DNA from: Patescibacteria group bacterium
Lineage (GTDB): Bacteria > Patescibacteriota > Patescibacteriia > Patescibacteriales > UBA12465
Reading direction: 5' to 3'
NCBI GenBank assembly: GCA_041651355.1
Contig: JBAZJK010000002.1
Location: forward strand, 1 to 54,470
DNA length: 54,470 bases
The position numbers and the translations under genes were made by a program. Below, one piece after another: positions 46,518-54,470 of the stretch (position 1 is the first letter of the stretch; every line of letters starts with the position of its first letter). The notes under the pieces were generated by a model. It did no database searches and was not told where the DNA came from. It saw nothing but the letters and a program-made list of their open reading frames with translations.

Positions 46518-48083
46518 ATGCGACATGCCAGGCTTCGTTATAAGATAGCAGTGGTATCCTTGGCGATCTTTTTTTCTTTTTTTGCGCTTGAGGCGGTGAT
46601 GCGTCTCGAAGAATCTATAACTATTTCATTAAAACACTACAAAAATATACAATTTCCCAAAAATGAAGGTGTATATTGCATTTTGGCCCTCGGTGATTGC
46701 ACTACTGCATTGGGAGGAATGGATTCTTGGCCAGCGCAGTTAGACAAAGTATTAAATGCACAGAATACAGGCGTAAGATTTAAAGTAATAAATAAAGGCA
46801 GAACAGATACGGACACCTCGGTCATCGTTTCAAAGCTGGATGACCTGCTAAATAAAATTAAGCCAGATATGGTTGTCGTAATGAGCGGTATCAACGATGG
46901 CATACGCGATACACCTTATGATAATTTAGAGATTCCTAATAAAAAGAGGTATCCTCCCCAGTTAAAGATATATAACTTAACGAGAAAAATTTACTTAGCA
47001 ATTGTTAAAAATATTAAAAGAACAAGATATAGCCGCAAGAGCAATATTTCTAAAAACTGCGAATCCGGAATTATTAATAATGGTAATTCTTATGCATTTG
47101 GGAAGCAATACAATAGGGCGGAGGCGATATTTAAAAGAAAAATAGAGATTAATCCCCGGGATGATGAGGCATATCTTAGGCTGGCGCGTTATTATAAAAA
47201 GAACGGGGCTTATTCTCAGGCAGTAGAAGCACTTAAAAAAGCTATAGCCTTAGACCCTAAGAATTACAAGGCCTATATCGAACTGGGAGATTGTTATAGT
47301 TCTCATGATGCATTTGTCGAAGCAGAAGAGACATATCAAAAGGCGATAGAGTTAGCACCTGAAAATCACGTAACTTATATGATGCTCGGCTATTGTTATA
47401 GAGATCAAAGAAAACATCAACAGGCAGAGGCAATGTTTAAGAGAGCCATAGTAATAAACCCTAGAAGCGACTGGGCATATGGGGAGCTTGGAAATCTTTA
47501 CGCTGGTTCTAAGCGATGTGCTGACGCAGAAAAAATGTATCAAAAAGCAATAGAGCTTGATCCGAGGCACATCAGCGTTTATGTTGAATTGGGCAGTTGC
47601 TATATGCAGGAAAATAAAATCAGCGAGCTGGAAGAGTTGCTGGAGCAGGCCAAAAAAAGAAATATTTACAATGACCGTTTATATGCGCTTGAGGCCCTGT
47701 ATTATAGGGCCCAAGGAAATGATAAAAAGGCAGAGATTTTTATTAAGAAAGCAAACGAATTCAGGGCCAAGTATTACAATCCCGTAACTTACTATAACTA
47801 CAGAAGAATCAAGAAGATTGTTACAGAAAGAGGAATTAAATTTGTCTGTATGCAGTATCCGATGCGCAGCATAGAACCTTTGAAAAAGATTTTTGACTCT
47901 AACGAAGACATCATCTTCGTAAGCAACGAAAAGATCTTCAAGGAAGAGCTAAAAAAAGCCAGATACGAAGACCTCTTTGTAGACAGTTTTGGTGGCGAGT
48001 TTGGTCATGCTACTGCCCGCGGCAACAGGCTTATTGCCGAGAATCTCGCGGATACCATAATCAAAGAGGTCATCAGTAGATAA
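46518..48083 (+). CDS. Membrane-anchored SGNH-family protein with inserted TPR array (paralog 3; Cys at the nucleophile position)
   Basis: LGDCTT, INKG, SGIND, about 6 TPRs, identical C-terminal GEFGHAT block. Confidence 0.85.
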   Translation: MRHARLRYKIAVVSLAIFFSFFALEAVMRLEESITISLKHYKNIQFPKNEGVYCILALGDCTTALGGMDSWPAQLDKVLNAQNTGVRFKVINKGRTDTDTSVIVSKLDDLLNKIKPDMVVVMSGINDGIRDTPYDNLEIPNKKRYPPQLKIYNLTRKIYLAIVKNIKRTRYSRKSNISKNCESGIINNGNSYAFGKQYNRAEAIFKRKIEINPRDDEAYLRLARYYKKNGAYSQAVEALKKAIALDPKNYKAYIELGDCYSSHDAFVEAEETYQKAIELAPENHVTYMMLGYCYRDQRKHQQAEAMFKRAIVINPRSDWAYGELGNLYAGSKRCADAEKMYQKAIELDPRHISVYVELGSCYMQENKISELEELLEQAKKRNIYNDRLYALEALYYRAQGNDKKAEIFIKKANEFRAKYYNPVTYYNYRRIKKIVTERGIKFVCMQYPMRSIEPLKKIFDSNEDIIFVSNEKIFKEELKKARYEDLFVDSFGGEFGHATARGNRLIAENLADTIIKEVISR

Positions 48084-48121
48084 GAGCAGCGGCAGTATGG
48101 ATAGGAAAAGTCGAAAGGTAT

Positions 48122-48946
48122 ATGGATAAAAAACGCGGAATAGATTATTTGAAATTTAAAGCGAGCTGGATTAGGAAAAAAATATTGGAAATGGCAGTTA
48201 AAAGCGGCGGGGGGCATATCGCTCCCTCCTTTTCATGCGTCGAAATACTGACGGCGCTTTATTATTGCGGAATATTAAATGTTGATCCTAAACGTCCGCG
48301 ATGGCCAGGGCGTGATAGGTTTATTTTAAGCAAAGGACACGCGGCTTTAGCTCTCTATGCTATCCTGGCGGATAAGGGATTTTTCCCCAGGTCAAAATTA
48401 ATGACTTTTACCCAAGCAGGAAGCAGTTTGGGCGGGCACATTGAGAATAATGTGCCCGGCGTTGAGGCCTTGAGCGGTTCACTCGGCCACGGTTTATGCA
48501 TCGCAGCCGGAATATCCTTAGCGGCGAAGATGGACCAAAAGAAACATTTTGCCATAGCCTTGCTGGGAGACGGGGAATGCCACGAGGGTGCAGTATGGGA
48601 AGCGGCAATGTTTGCGTCTCAGCAGCGTTTAAATAATTTAGTTGCTATCATCGACCATAACGGCCTCTCGGCTACGGATTTTCTTAATAATTATCTAAAA
48701 GTTGAGCCGTTGGACGGAAAATGGAAATCTTTCGGATGGGAAGTCAGAATAATAGACGGTCATTCTTATCGCGAGATCCTTTCGTCGTTTAGTGATATCA
48801 GGAGGAGAAAATCCGAAAGACCCCTGGCAATAATAGCTTTAACCACAAAAGGCAAAGGTATTTCGTTTATGGAAAATAAGCCTATCTGGCATTTCCGCGT
48901 ACCCACGGGCAAGGAATTAAGGATGGCGAGAGAGGAGTTGTTTTGA
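48122..48946 (+). CDS. Transketolase, N-terminal (ThDP-binding) subunit
   Basis: GGHIAPSFS, DRFILSKGH, GSLGHG, GDGECHEGAVWEA...DHN, KGKG...WH. Confidence 0.95.
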   Translation: MDKKRGIDYLKFKASWIRKKILEMAVKSGGGHIAPSFSCVEILTALYYCGILNVDPKRPRWPGRDRFILSKGHAALALYAILADKGFFPRSKLMTFTQAGSSLGGHIENNVPGVEALSGSLGHGLCIAAGISLAAKMDQKKHFAIALLGDGECHEGAVWEAAMFASQQRLNNLVAIIDHNGLSATDFLNNYLKVEPLDGKWKSFGWEVRIIDGHSYREILSSFSDIRRRKSERPLAIIALTTKGKGISFMENKPIWHFRVPTGKELRMAREELF

Positions 48947-49914
48947 ATCGGCGAGAGAAGAGAGGAATGAAATACTGGATTAGAGGAATGAGAGATGCCT
49001 TTTTCGAATCTCTTTATAGCATAGCCCAAAAAGATAAAAAGGTAATTTTGGTTACCGCCGATACCGGAGCGATATGTCTCGACAGATTCAGGAAGAATTT
49101 AAATAAACAATACATTAATGTAGGCATAGCGGAGCAGAACATGGTCGGCTTAGCCTCGGGATTGGCCTTATCAGGCAAGACCGTATATGTTTATGCCATA
49201 TCTCCTTTTGTGACAGCGCGTTGCTTTGATCAGGTAAAGATAGATTTATGTTGTATGGATCTTCCGGTCACCGTCGTAGGGATAGGCGCTGGATTCGATT
49301 ACTCTACGTTAGGACCAACGCATCATGGAACGGAAGATATCGCATTGATGAGGACGTTGCCAGGGATGACAATTTATAGTCCGAGCGACAGCCTGAGCGC
49401 AAGCTTATTTGCAAAAATAAGTCATAAACATAAAGGGCCGGCGTATATCAGGCTCGATAGGGAAGGTCTTCCGGCAGTGTATAAAAAGAAAGAAGACATT
49501 GATGCTAACGCCGGGTTTTCTTTATTGAAAAAAGGCGGAGATTTATGCATTATCAGCACGGGCAGGATGGTTTATAATTCGCTGGAGGTCTCCAAAAGAT
49601 TATCCCAGAAGGCGATTAGCGCAAGCGTAATCGATTTATTTAGAATCAAACCCCTTAATGCAGAAGAGATATTGAGGAAAATCGAACATAACAAGCATAT
49701 CGTGACAATAGAGGAACATTTTACTACTGGGGGGATCGGGAGCGCCATGGCCGAGGCATTATCCAGCGCGAGGGGCGCAGGGCATTTTTTGAAATCTATC
49801 GGTATACCGGATAAGTTTTGCAGAAGGTATGGTTCGCGAGAATATCTGAAATGTTTAAATAAACTTGATACCGATAACTTAGTCAAGGTTATTGAGAGAT
49901 GGGTGAGGGGCTAG
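48943..49914 (+). CDS. Transketolase, C-terminal (pyrimidine-binding + C-terminal) subunit
   Basis: VGIAEQNMVG, GPTHHGTED, PAYIRL, DLFRIKPL, TIEEHFTTGGIGS. TTG start; the ATG at 48967 is an alternative. Confidence 0.95.
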   Translation: MNRREKRGMKYWIRGMRDAFFESLYSIAQKDKKVILVTADTGAICLDRFRKNLNKQYINVGIAEQNMVGLASGLALSGKTVYVYAISPFVTARCFDQVKIDLCCMDLPVTVVGIGAGFDYSTLGPTHHGTEDIALMRTLPGMTIYSPSDSLSASLFAKISHKHKGPAYIRLDREGLPAVYKKKEDIDANAGFSLLKKGGDLCIISTGRMVYNSLEVSKRLSQKAISASVIDLFRIKPLNAEEILRKIEHNKHIVTIEEHFTTGGIGSAMAEALSSARGAGHFLKSIGIPDKFCRRYGSREYLKCLNKLDTDNLVKVIERWVRG

Positions 49915-49954
49915 GGTTTTTGTTGAACGATAAAAGTTTTTTAAAAGCCGCAAA

Positions 49955-50698
49955 TTGGAACTAAAGTTGTTGTCTCTTGTTATCCCGGTGTACAATGAAG
50001 AACCCAATATGGCAGAGGTTTGTTCGGGCTTAAGGACAACATTGGATTCCTTGTGTTTTCCTTACGAGATTATTGTCGTAGATGACGGCAGCAAAGATAG
50101 GACGTTTTCAATTCTGCGAGGCATCCAAGCCAACGATAGTCGCATAAAGGTTGTAAGGCTTGCTAAAAACTGCGGTCAGGCATATGCGTTCTGGGCAGGT
50201 TTTGATATCAGCAAGGGGGACGTCATCATAACTATGGATGGTGATTTACAGAATGATCCGGCAGATATCCCTTTGTTCTTAAAAGAGATTGAGAAGGGCT
50301 TTGAGGCCGTAAACGGATGGAGGCATGCTAGGAATGATAGTTGCGTAAGAAAATCTATTTCCTGTCTTGCAAACTGGTTTATTGGATTAAAGACAGGTGT
50401 CAAATTGCATGATTACGGATGCGCCTTTATGGCAATAAGGAGGAGTTTAATGGATCGCCTCCTAAGCCGAGGCAGAGGGTGTCGTTTTATCAAGCCTTTG
50501 ATTGCTTGCTTAGCTCAATCAATAGGCGAGATTAGAATAAGGCATCATCCGCGTAAACACGGCAATTCAAAATACAGTCTTTTAAAGATATTTAAAACAG
50601 GATTACATTTCGCGCTCAGTTTTAAAGCAAGGCTGTTCAAAAGACAGGCGTCCCGTTTTATCATCGAAAATCCTAGGTATTTAGGTTCAAAAACGTGA
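49955..50698 (+). CDS. GT2, ArnC/GtrB-like polyprenol-phosphate glycosyltransferase lacking the C-terminal TM hairpin
   Basis: LSLVIPVYNEE, VDDGSKD, NCGQAYA, MDGDLQNDP, DYGC, H..R..G.SKY. Confidence 0.88.
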   Translation: MELKLLSLVIPVYNEEPNMAEVCSGLRTTLDSLCFPYEIIVVDDGSKDRTFSILRGIQANDSRIKVVRLAKNCGQAYAFWAGFDISKGDVIITMDGDLQNDPADIPLFLKEIEKGFEAVNGWRHARNDSCVRKSISCLANWFIGLKTGVKLHDYGCAFMAIRRSLMDRLLSRGRGCRFIKPLIACLAQSIGEIRIRHHPRKHGNSKYSLLKIFKTGLHFALSFKARLFKRQASRFIIENPRYLGSKT

Positions 50699-50822
50699 AT
50701 AATCCTGCAACTTCAGAAAAAGAAGATTCTAGGTACCCTGAGTTTTTTAGATTTTAGCAATCCCAAGCAAGCCGTCAACTTGTTTAATGATGAAAGGGCC
50801 CAAACTGCTATCGGATTAGGTT

Positions 50823-53681
50823 ATGAATAAAGCTCAACGGTACGCTTTATTTTCGGTGCTTTTCATAATCCTTGTTACCGCGATTCTATTCCTGCCGGCC
50901 ATGCTCGGTCTAAAAGGCATATTCCACGATGATTTAGCATTAGAGGTTTTCCCAAGGCATTTTTTTCTTGCTACCAACCTTCAAAAAGGTATCCTCCCGT
51001 TGTGGAACCCGCATATATGGTGCGGGGCCATTCCGTTTTGCGCGCGTTACTACGCCGATACCTATTACGTAATACTCTGGCCGTTTTATTTAATGGCCAA
51101 TTTAAAGAATATAAATCATGCCTATTGGTTTCTTTATTTGATACCGCTTTTGCTGCATTACATATTAGCTGCCAGCGGAATGTTTTTTTTGCTGAGAAAA
51201 GCGCTAAGATGCGATTTCTTCCCGGCGATACTCGGAGCGCTTGCATACATCTATAGCCCGACATTTGTTTACGCATATGTCTGGCTAAAAATAGTAATAT
51301 TGCAGGCATGGCTTCCCTGGTTTCTGCTTCTTTACATAAAAACAATTGAGGACTTTAGGCCGTGGAAACTTATATTAACGGCGCTTATTTTTGTTTTTAT
51401 GTTGACGGTGGGCGCCCCAAATTATATGCCATTCGTAATATTTATCTGGATAGCCGTCATTATTATATATTTTTTACAGGCCGTTAAGCAAAGGCAATTA
51501 AAGCGGGCCTTCGGTTATCTTTTTATAGCAGGAGGCATAATAGTCTTAGGGCTGGCGCTGAGCGCAGTTTATCTCCTGCCTGTGGCAGATGGGGTTAGTT
51601 ACACTCTTGCCCATATGAGGCTTTCGCCCGAGGAGGCGCTTTTGTCTCCCGACAGCGTATTGCCGCCTTTTTATCTCGCCACTCTTTTTGCCCCTAATCT
51701 ATTCGGTAATATAACGGGGTCAAATTTTACCGTCCCCCCATTAAAATTCTATGATGCCAATATGAGCGGCGGGTTAGCGGTGATGTTTCTCGTAACGCTC
51801 GCCTTCTCGCTGTCCTTTATAGTCCCAAACGATAAACGGCGCTATTGGGTTATAGCAATGGCGGGCTTGTGTTTTTTTGCCGTTATTTGCATGTTAGGAG
51901 ATCACCTGCCGTTTTATCGTTATGTAATCGGGTCGCTCCCCCTGGTTAATATTTTTCCTTATCCCATTCGCTATAGGATGATTCAGTGTTTTGCGGTGGC
52001 GGTATTGGTCGCCTTGGGTGCAGGATTTTTGGTCGGAGATAAGAGTTTCAAATCAATCTCACTTATAAAAAGATGGGCTTGGTTGTACCTGCTTATTTCT
52101 TTCTTTATTGTTGGCTTGGCCTTAATCCAACCTCAAAAAAGCATCTATTCTTCGGCCTGGACAGGAGAAGGCGCTAATATAGTTGACGGGTATCTGCTTT
52201 CAAGAGAGCCGGTAGGAATTTATTCTCCTGACACGGCAAGAGTCAAGAAGGTGGGAGTGTTTTTTAGCGGTCCCTCGAGCGGAGAAATAAGATACAGCAA
52301 CGGACCTATAGATGGTCTCGGAGAAAAATGGAAAAGGGTTTCTAGTTACAGCGTTCCAGCTAAAGGCTGGTTTGAATTTGAGGTAGATGTCGGACCCGGC
52401 AAGTTTATTTATATTTATCCCGAGAGGGGTAACGGCGCCATAGGATACAAATTACAGAAGGGAGACCCCACCTCTTTTGTTTATCAAAAAGTATGGAGGG
52501 AAGAAATAAATAAGACAATCCTTTATCTATATCTCGAGCCGGATGACATCCTGCCAGCTTCATTACTTTCAAGGTTGCAAAGAGGCTCTATAGTAAAATT
52601 TCCGATTTTTTCGTCTTTACTGTATTTATTGGTAGCGGCTATTTTAATTATATGCGTGACGCTCTTATGTCATTCGCAGAAGGCCGGTTACCTGTTATCG
52701 TGTTTAGCGGCAACAGAATTTTTTGTTTTCGGAGCAGTCGCTTTTTACGGGACGAATTTCAGCCAGGATTATCTGCCAGGTCAAGCCCGTGCTAAGTCTC
52801 CCCTCGAATACAGCATGCTTCGGCGCCAACTGCTCGAGCTGCCTCCCTTGACCGGAAATTCGATATTACGGATAGCAAGCGACCAGCCATTTCATGACAA
52901 TTTTGCCCAGCTTAATAAGCATTTTTCATTTATGGGATACGAGATGCACCCCTTAGAAAGGCGTTTTAAGTATGCCATTGAAGTTGCCTATGCCAGGGCG
53001 ATGGATTGGCCATTTTACGAAGGAGATAATTCTTTCCCGCTTAGCAGAGCCTTTTTGGATAACTTTTCTGTAGGTTATTTGTTGACTACGACAGAAAGGC
53101 TTCCTTTTTTACAAAGTAATGGCATACCTTTATCCGGAGATCCGGGATTTTTTATGCATATTAACCCCGGGGCGCTGCCGCGCGCGTATACCGTTACAAA
53201 TATAATCTCTGTTCCTGAACAGGAGCAGCTTAGTCAATTGATAATTGGAGATTTAAGAAATGCAGTTTATATGGATCCCGGAGACTATTCTTTATTTTCC
53301 CGGGGCGATAAGGGTTATTCAGAATCAGAATCCCAGTTTGCTATTTTACAGAAAAAAAACCCGATCACAAAAACAGATTTTTCAGATCCCAACCGTATTT
53401 ATATAAATATAGAGGTAAGCGTTCCTTCAATGTTAGTATTAACAGAGGTATGGTATCCTGGCTGGAGGGCTACAATAAATGGACGTTATGCCAAAATATT
53501 CCGTGTAAACTATTGTCAGAGAGGAGTATGGTTAGAGAAGGGGAAACAGACGGTTATTTTGAGCTTCCGTCCATTATCCTGGGCGTGCGGATTAATCATT
53601 TCATGTGTAACGCTACTGGGCGCATTTGCATTTCTTATATTAAATTATCTTCGGGATAAAAAGGTCTGTTTTAAAAAATAA
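50823..53681 (+). CDS. YfhO-like polytopic membrane protein (GT-C fold) with inserted soluble domain
   Basis: FHDD, PLWNPHIWCG.PF, AYIYSP, PRAY. C-terminal LVLTEVWYPGWRATING...RGV...G...V.L.F.P followed by a final TM, as in YfhO. Confidence 0.85.
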   Translation: MNKAQRYALFSVLFIILVTAILFLPAMLGLKGIFHDDLALEVFPRHFFLATNLQKGILPLWNPHIWCGAIPFCARYYADTYYVILWPFYLMANLKNINHAYWFLYLIPLLLHYILAASGMFFLLRKALRCDFFPAILGALAYIYSPTFVYAYVWLKIVILQAWLPWFLLLYIKTIEDFRPWKLILTALIFVFMLTVGAPNYMPFVIFIWIAVIIIYFLQAVKQRQLKRAFGYLFIAGGIIVLGLALSAVYLLPVADGVSYTLAHMRLSPEEALLSPDSVLPPFYLATLFAPNLFGNITGSNFTVPPLKFYDANMSGGLAVMFLVTLAFSLSFIVPNDKRRYWVIAMAGLCFFAVICMLGDHLPFYRYVIGSLPLVNIFPYPIRYRMIQCFAVAVLVALGAGFLVGDKSFKSISLIKRWAWLYLLISFFIVGLALIQPQKSIYSSAWTGEGANIVDGYLLSREPVGIYSPDTARVKKVGVFFSGPSSGEIRYSNGPIDGLGEKWKRVSSYSVPAKGWFEFEVDVGPGKFIYIYPERGNGAIGYKLQKGDPTSFVYQKVWREEINKTILYLYLEPDDILPASLLSRLQRGSIVKFPIFSSLLYLLVAAILIICVTLLCHSQKAGYLLSCLAATEFFVFGAVAFYGTNFSQDYLPGQARAKSPLEYSMLRRQLLELPPLTGNSILRIASDQPFHDNFAQLNKHFSFMGYEMHPLERRFKYAIEVAYARAMDWPFYEGDNSFPLSRAFLDNFSVGYLLTTTERLPFLQSNGIPLSGDPGFFMHINPGALPRAYTVTNIISVPEQEQLSQLIIGDLRNAVYMDPGDYSLFSRGDKGYSESESQFAILQKKNPITKTDFSDPNRIYINIEVSVPSMLVLTEVWYPGWRATINGRYAKIFRVNYCQRGVWLEKGKQTVILSFRPLSWACGLIISCVTLLGAFAFLILNYLRDKKVCFKK

Positions 53682-53692
53682 GAGGAGAGCCG

Positions 53693-54470
53693 ATGAAATT
53701 ATTATTTTTAATATTTGCGGCATTAATATCAGCGGATATAATTGGGCATTGCGAAGCAGTTGATGATACGCAGATATCAGCTACTGCTAATGTAAAGTCT
53801 TCATCTGATTCGGGCAAGACAACTGTTGGCGAAGCGTTTAATTATTATCGTATTTACTATGAAAATGGCCAGCAGTTTAATCCCTATTATTTGTCTGGTG
53901 CTTATTTTAATTTAGCCCAATCCTACTCTACCCAAGGCAATTACCCCAAGGCGCTGGAATACCTGCAAAAGGCGCTGGGGCTTAATCCCAATAATGTTGA
54001 TGTATATGTTGGCCTGGCACAGATCCATTCCACCCAAGGCAATTACCCCAAGGCGCTGGAATGCCTGCAAAAGGCGCTGGGGCTTAATCCCAATAATGTT
54101 GATGTATATGTTGGCCTGGCACAGATCCATTCCACCCAAGGCAATTACCCCAAGGCGCTGGAATGCCTGCAAAAGGCGCTGGGGCTTAATCCCAATAGCG
54201 CTGATTATTACTCCAGGGTGGCTGAGATCTATTCTACCCAAGGCAATTACCCCAAGGCGTTGGAATGCCTGCAGAAGGCGCTGGTGCTTAATCCCAATAA
54301 TGTTGATGTATATGTTGGCCTGGCACAGATCCATTCCACCCAAGGCAATTACCCCAAGGCGCTGGAATGCCTGCAAAAGGCGCTGGGGCTTAATCCCAAT
54401 AGCGCTGATTATTACTCCAGGGTGGCTGAGATCTATTCTACCCAAGGCAATTACCCCAAGGCGTTGGAAT
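53693..54470 (+). CDS. Secreted TPR-repeat protein (partial, runs off window end; absent from the ORF track because it has no stop)
   Basis: AGAGGAG RBS, ATG 53693. MKLLFLIFAALISADIIGHCEA signal-like peptide. Then repeated TQGNYPKALECLQKALGLNPNNVDVYVGLAQIHS (34 aa), open to the window end. Confidence 0.9.
   Translation, partial: MKLLFLIFAALISADIIGHCEAVDDTQISATANVKSSSDSGKTTVGEAFNYYRIYYENGQQFNPYYLSGAYFNLAQSYSTQGNYPKALEYLQKALGLNPNNVDVYVGLAQIHSTQGNYPKALECLQKALGLNPNNVDVYVGLAQIHSTQGNYPKALECLQKALGLNPNSADYYSRVAEIYSTQGNYPKALECLQKALVLNPNNVDVYVGLAQIHSTQGNYPKALECLQKALGLNPNSADYYSRVAEIYSTQGNYPKALE
53930..54470 (+). repeat. 102-bp tandem repeat array encoding TPR units (at least 5.3 copies)
   Basis: acccaaggcaattaccccaaggcg starts at 53930, 54032, 54134, 54236, 54338 and 54440. 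Confidence 0.95.

Noticed and set aside
39730-48078. Diversity-generating retroelement (template/variable repeat) explanation for the duplications
   Set aside because: The copies are essentially identical rather than differing at adenines, they are far longer than typical TR/VR pairs, and no reverse transcriptase is in the window.
50696-50830. In-frame open stretch of 43 codons after the TGA of the ArnC-like GT2 (possible readthrough or UGA recoding)
   Set aside because: Many genes here end in TGA with ATGA coupling to the next start, so the standard code applies. The extension is not the hydrophobic hairpin expected of ArnC, and no SECIS-like context was evident.
552-53659. Many short alternative-frame and antisense ORFs (60-160 aa) in the ORF track
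   Set aside because: All lie inside longer motif-bearing + strand genes and show no recognisable domains. Those at 40851 and 42673 are identical only because of the 1485-bp duplication.
53912-54445. Minus-strand repetitive ORF of 177 aa
   Set aside because: It is the antisense shadow of the + strand TPR gene, which has an RBS, a signal peptide and canonical TPR residues.
53930-54470. CRISPR-like array (constant plus variable segments)
   Set aside because: The period is exactly 102 nt and in frame, the 'spacers' come in only two recurring versions, they encode TPR helices, and there are no cas genes.

Overview
This window is a single + strand block of about 37 tightly packed genes (many ATGA/TAGTG start-stop overlaps). 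It looks like part of a very large cell-surface glycan biosynthesis and tailoring locus. It opens with the 3' end of a Wzt-type ABC transporter ATPase (carbohydrate-binding domain) and a 1739-aa GT2/coiled-coil/GT2/GT4/radical-SAM fusion. It also encodes GT2, GT4 and GT9 glycosyltransferases, six GT-C-like membrane proteins, a GH5 hydrolase, four SGNH proteins, a class III aminotransferase, a split transketolase and a secreted TPR protein. The most striking feature is 19 radical-SAM domains in 15 genes. Four of these domains carry cobalamin-binding modules, four genes are double radical-SAM fusions, and one domain has a non-canonical CX3CX9C motif. The domains fall into a few paralogous modules that recur in different combinations. 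There are also near-identical nucleotide duplications (1485 bp; 355/247 bp gene tails; a 102-bp tandem array). No rRNA, tRNA, CRISPR array, transposase or integrase was recognised. The gene content would fit an anaerobe such as an Omnitrophota-like organism, but that is an impression and was not tested. All family calls come from motifs read by eye, not from database searches.
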